Shown: positions 31,656-32,000 of the stretch, piece after piece | Layout: each line of letters opens with the position of its first letter | Numbering within the stretch: position 1 is the first letter of the stretch | IMG/VR virus record: IMGVR_UViG_3300015608_001846 | Coordinates: 30,001 to 62,000 of that record | Source of the DNA: a virus | DNA: 32,000 nucleotides | Reading direction: 5' to 3' (one strand) | Notes under the pieces: generated by a model | Seen by the model: the letters and a program-made list of their open reading frames with translations, nothing else | Databases searched by the model: none | What the model was told of the DNA's origin: nothing | Translations under genes and position numbers: made by a program

Positions 31656-32000
31656 CGATGTTCAAGCGGAAATCGGAGATCATCATCGACGGTCACAGCA
31701 GCTACAGCCTTCCAGGATCCGTCCTCGAGCATGACTTCTGCGGTGCTCTTCAACCTATGCACCTCGCCTGAAAGCTCGATCTCAACAAGTCCGACCTGTC
31801 TTTCTTTTTGGATGATGAGTTCGATTGTCCGCTCAATGAGTCGCAAAGTTTCTAGACCCAGTAGGTCGTATTTGATGAAATTGCCGATGTACTCGAGGTG
31901 CTTGAAGTTGACGCCCTCGACCCAGGGCGACTGTGGTTCGCCGCCGGAACAGATCAGTGGCATCTTCGACGGCAGGTCATCGCAGATGAGGACACCGCCG
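31652..32000 (-). CDS. dnaE: DNA polymerase III alpha fragment 1 (5' part lies beyond the window end)
   Basis: The frame is open to position 31999: GGVLICDDLPSKMPLICSGGEPQSPWVEGVNFKHLEYIGNFIKYDLLGLETLRLIERTIELI parallels E. coli HAGGVVIAP..APLY......[28 protein letters not shown]. A 49-aa non-DnaE tail follows before the stop at 31652. Confidence 0.8.
   Translation of the reverse strand, partial: GGVLICDDLPSKMPLICSGGEPQSPWVEGVNFKHLEYIGNFIKYDLLGLETLRLIERTIELIIQKERQVGLVEIELSGEVHRLKSTAEVMLEDGSWKAVAAVTVDDDLRFPLEHR

Noticed and set aside
30615-31800. A group I intron carrying the GIY-YIG ORF between dnaE fragments 1 and 2.
   Set aside because: Fragment 2 has its own Shine-Dalgarno-like AGGAG and ATG. 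The endonuclease ATG overlaps the fragment-1 stop like an ordinary coupled gene, and I could not spot conserved P/Q/R/S-type pairings by eye. An intron is not formally excluded without RNA data.
1-32000. CRISPR arrays, long direct or inverted repeats, integrase or att sites, and rRNA genes.
   Set aside because: None were seen on reading the window. The only repeats noted are the short TGTGACA copies at 6000..6060 and the 15-nt identity between the duplicated small genes.

Overview
Every gene I can support is on the minus strand. There are about 50 tightly packed ORFs, many joined by ATGA or TGATG stop-start overlaps. The plus-strand ORFs in the track are antisense shadows. I saw no rRNA, tRNA, CRISPR array or long repeat. 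The content looks like the replication and nucleotide-metabolism region of a large lytic bacteriophage or phage-like element. All family calls come from reading motifs by eye; no database search was run. Many start codons are uncertain because the track also opens ORFs at GTG and TTG.

Main points:
(1) A C-family DNA polymerase gene (dnaE-like, Pol III alpha) is broken into at least four pieces across 25404..32000. Two junctions are bridged by naturally split inteins. Their halves lie 1.0-1.6 kb apart, and the gaps hold zinc-finger/Vsr-like endonuclease ORFs plus passenger ORFs. A third junction holds a GIY-YIG endonuclease with only intein-like remnants on the stumps.
(2) A T4 gene-42-type dCMP hydroxymethylase (Cys148, Asp179) lies just downstream of a nucleotide-sugar epimerase-type SDR and a GT-B glycosyltransferase-like ORF. 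dCMP deaminase, thymidine kinase, a YfbR-like HD nucleotidase and a P-loop kinase are nearby. Together these form a candidate glycosyl-hydroxymethylcytosine DNA modification cassette.
(3) A tandem pair of proteasome-beta/HslV-like Ntn hydrolases, both starting Met-Thr.
(4) An 892-aa fusion of an RNA-ligase-like nucleotidyltransferase to a PD-(D/E)xK-like domain.
(5) Unusual accessory genes: a CCA-adding enzyme, oligoribonuclease, Fe/Mn-SOD-like protein, pterin-carbinolamine-dehydratase-like protein, nitrilase-family hydrolase, a second free-standing GIY-YIG endonuclease, and a duplicated small-gene module with one frameshifted copy.
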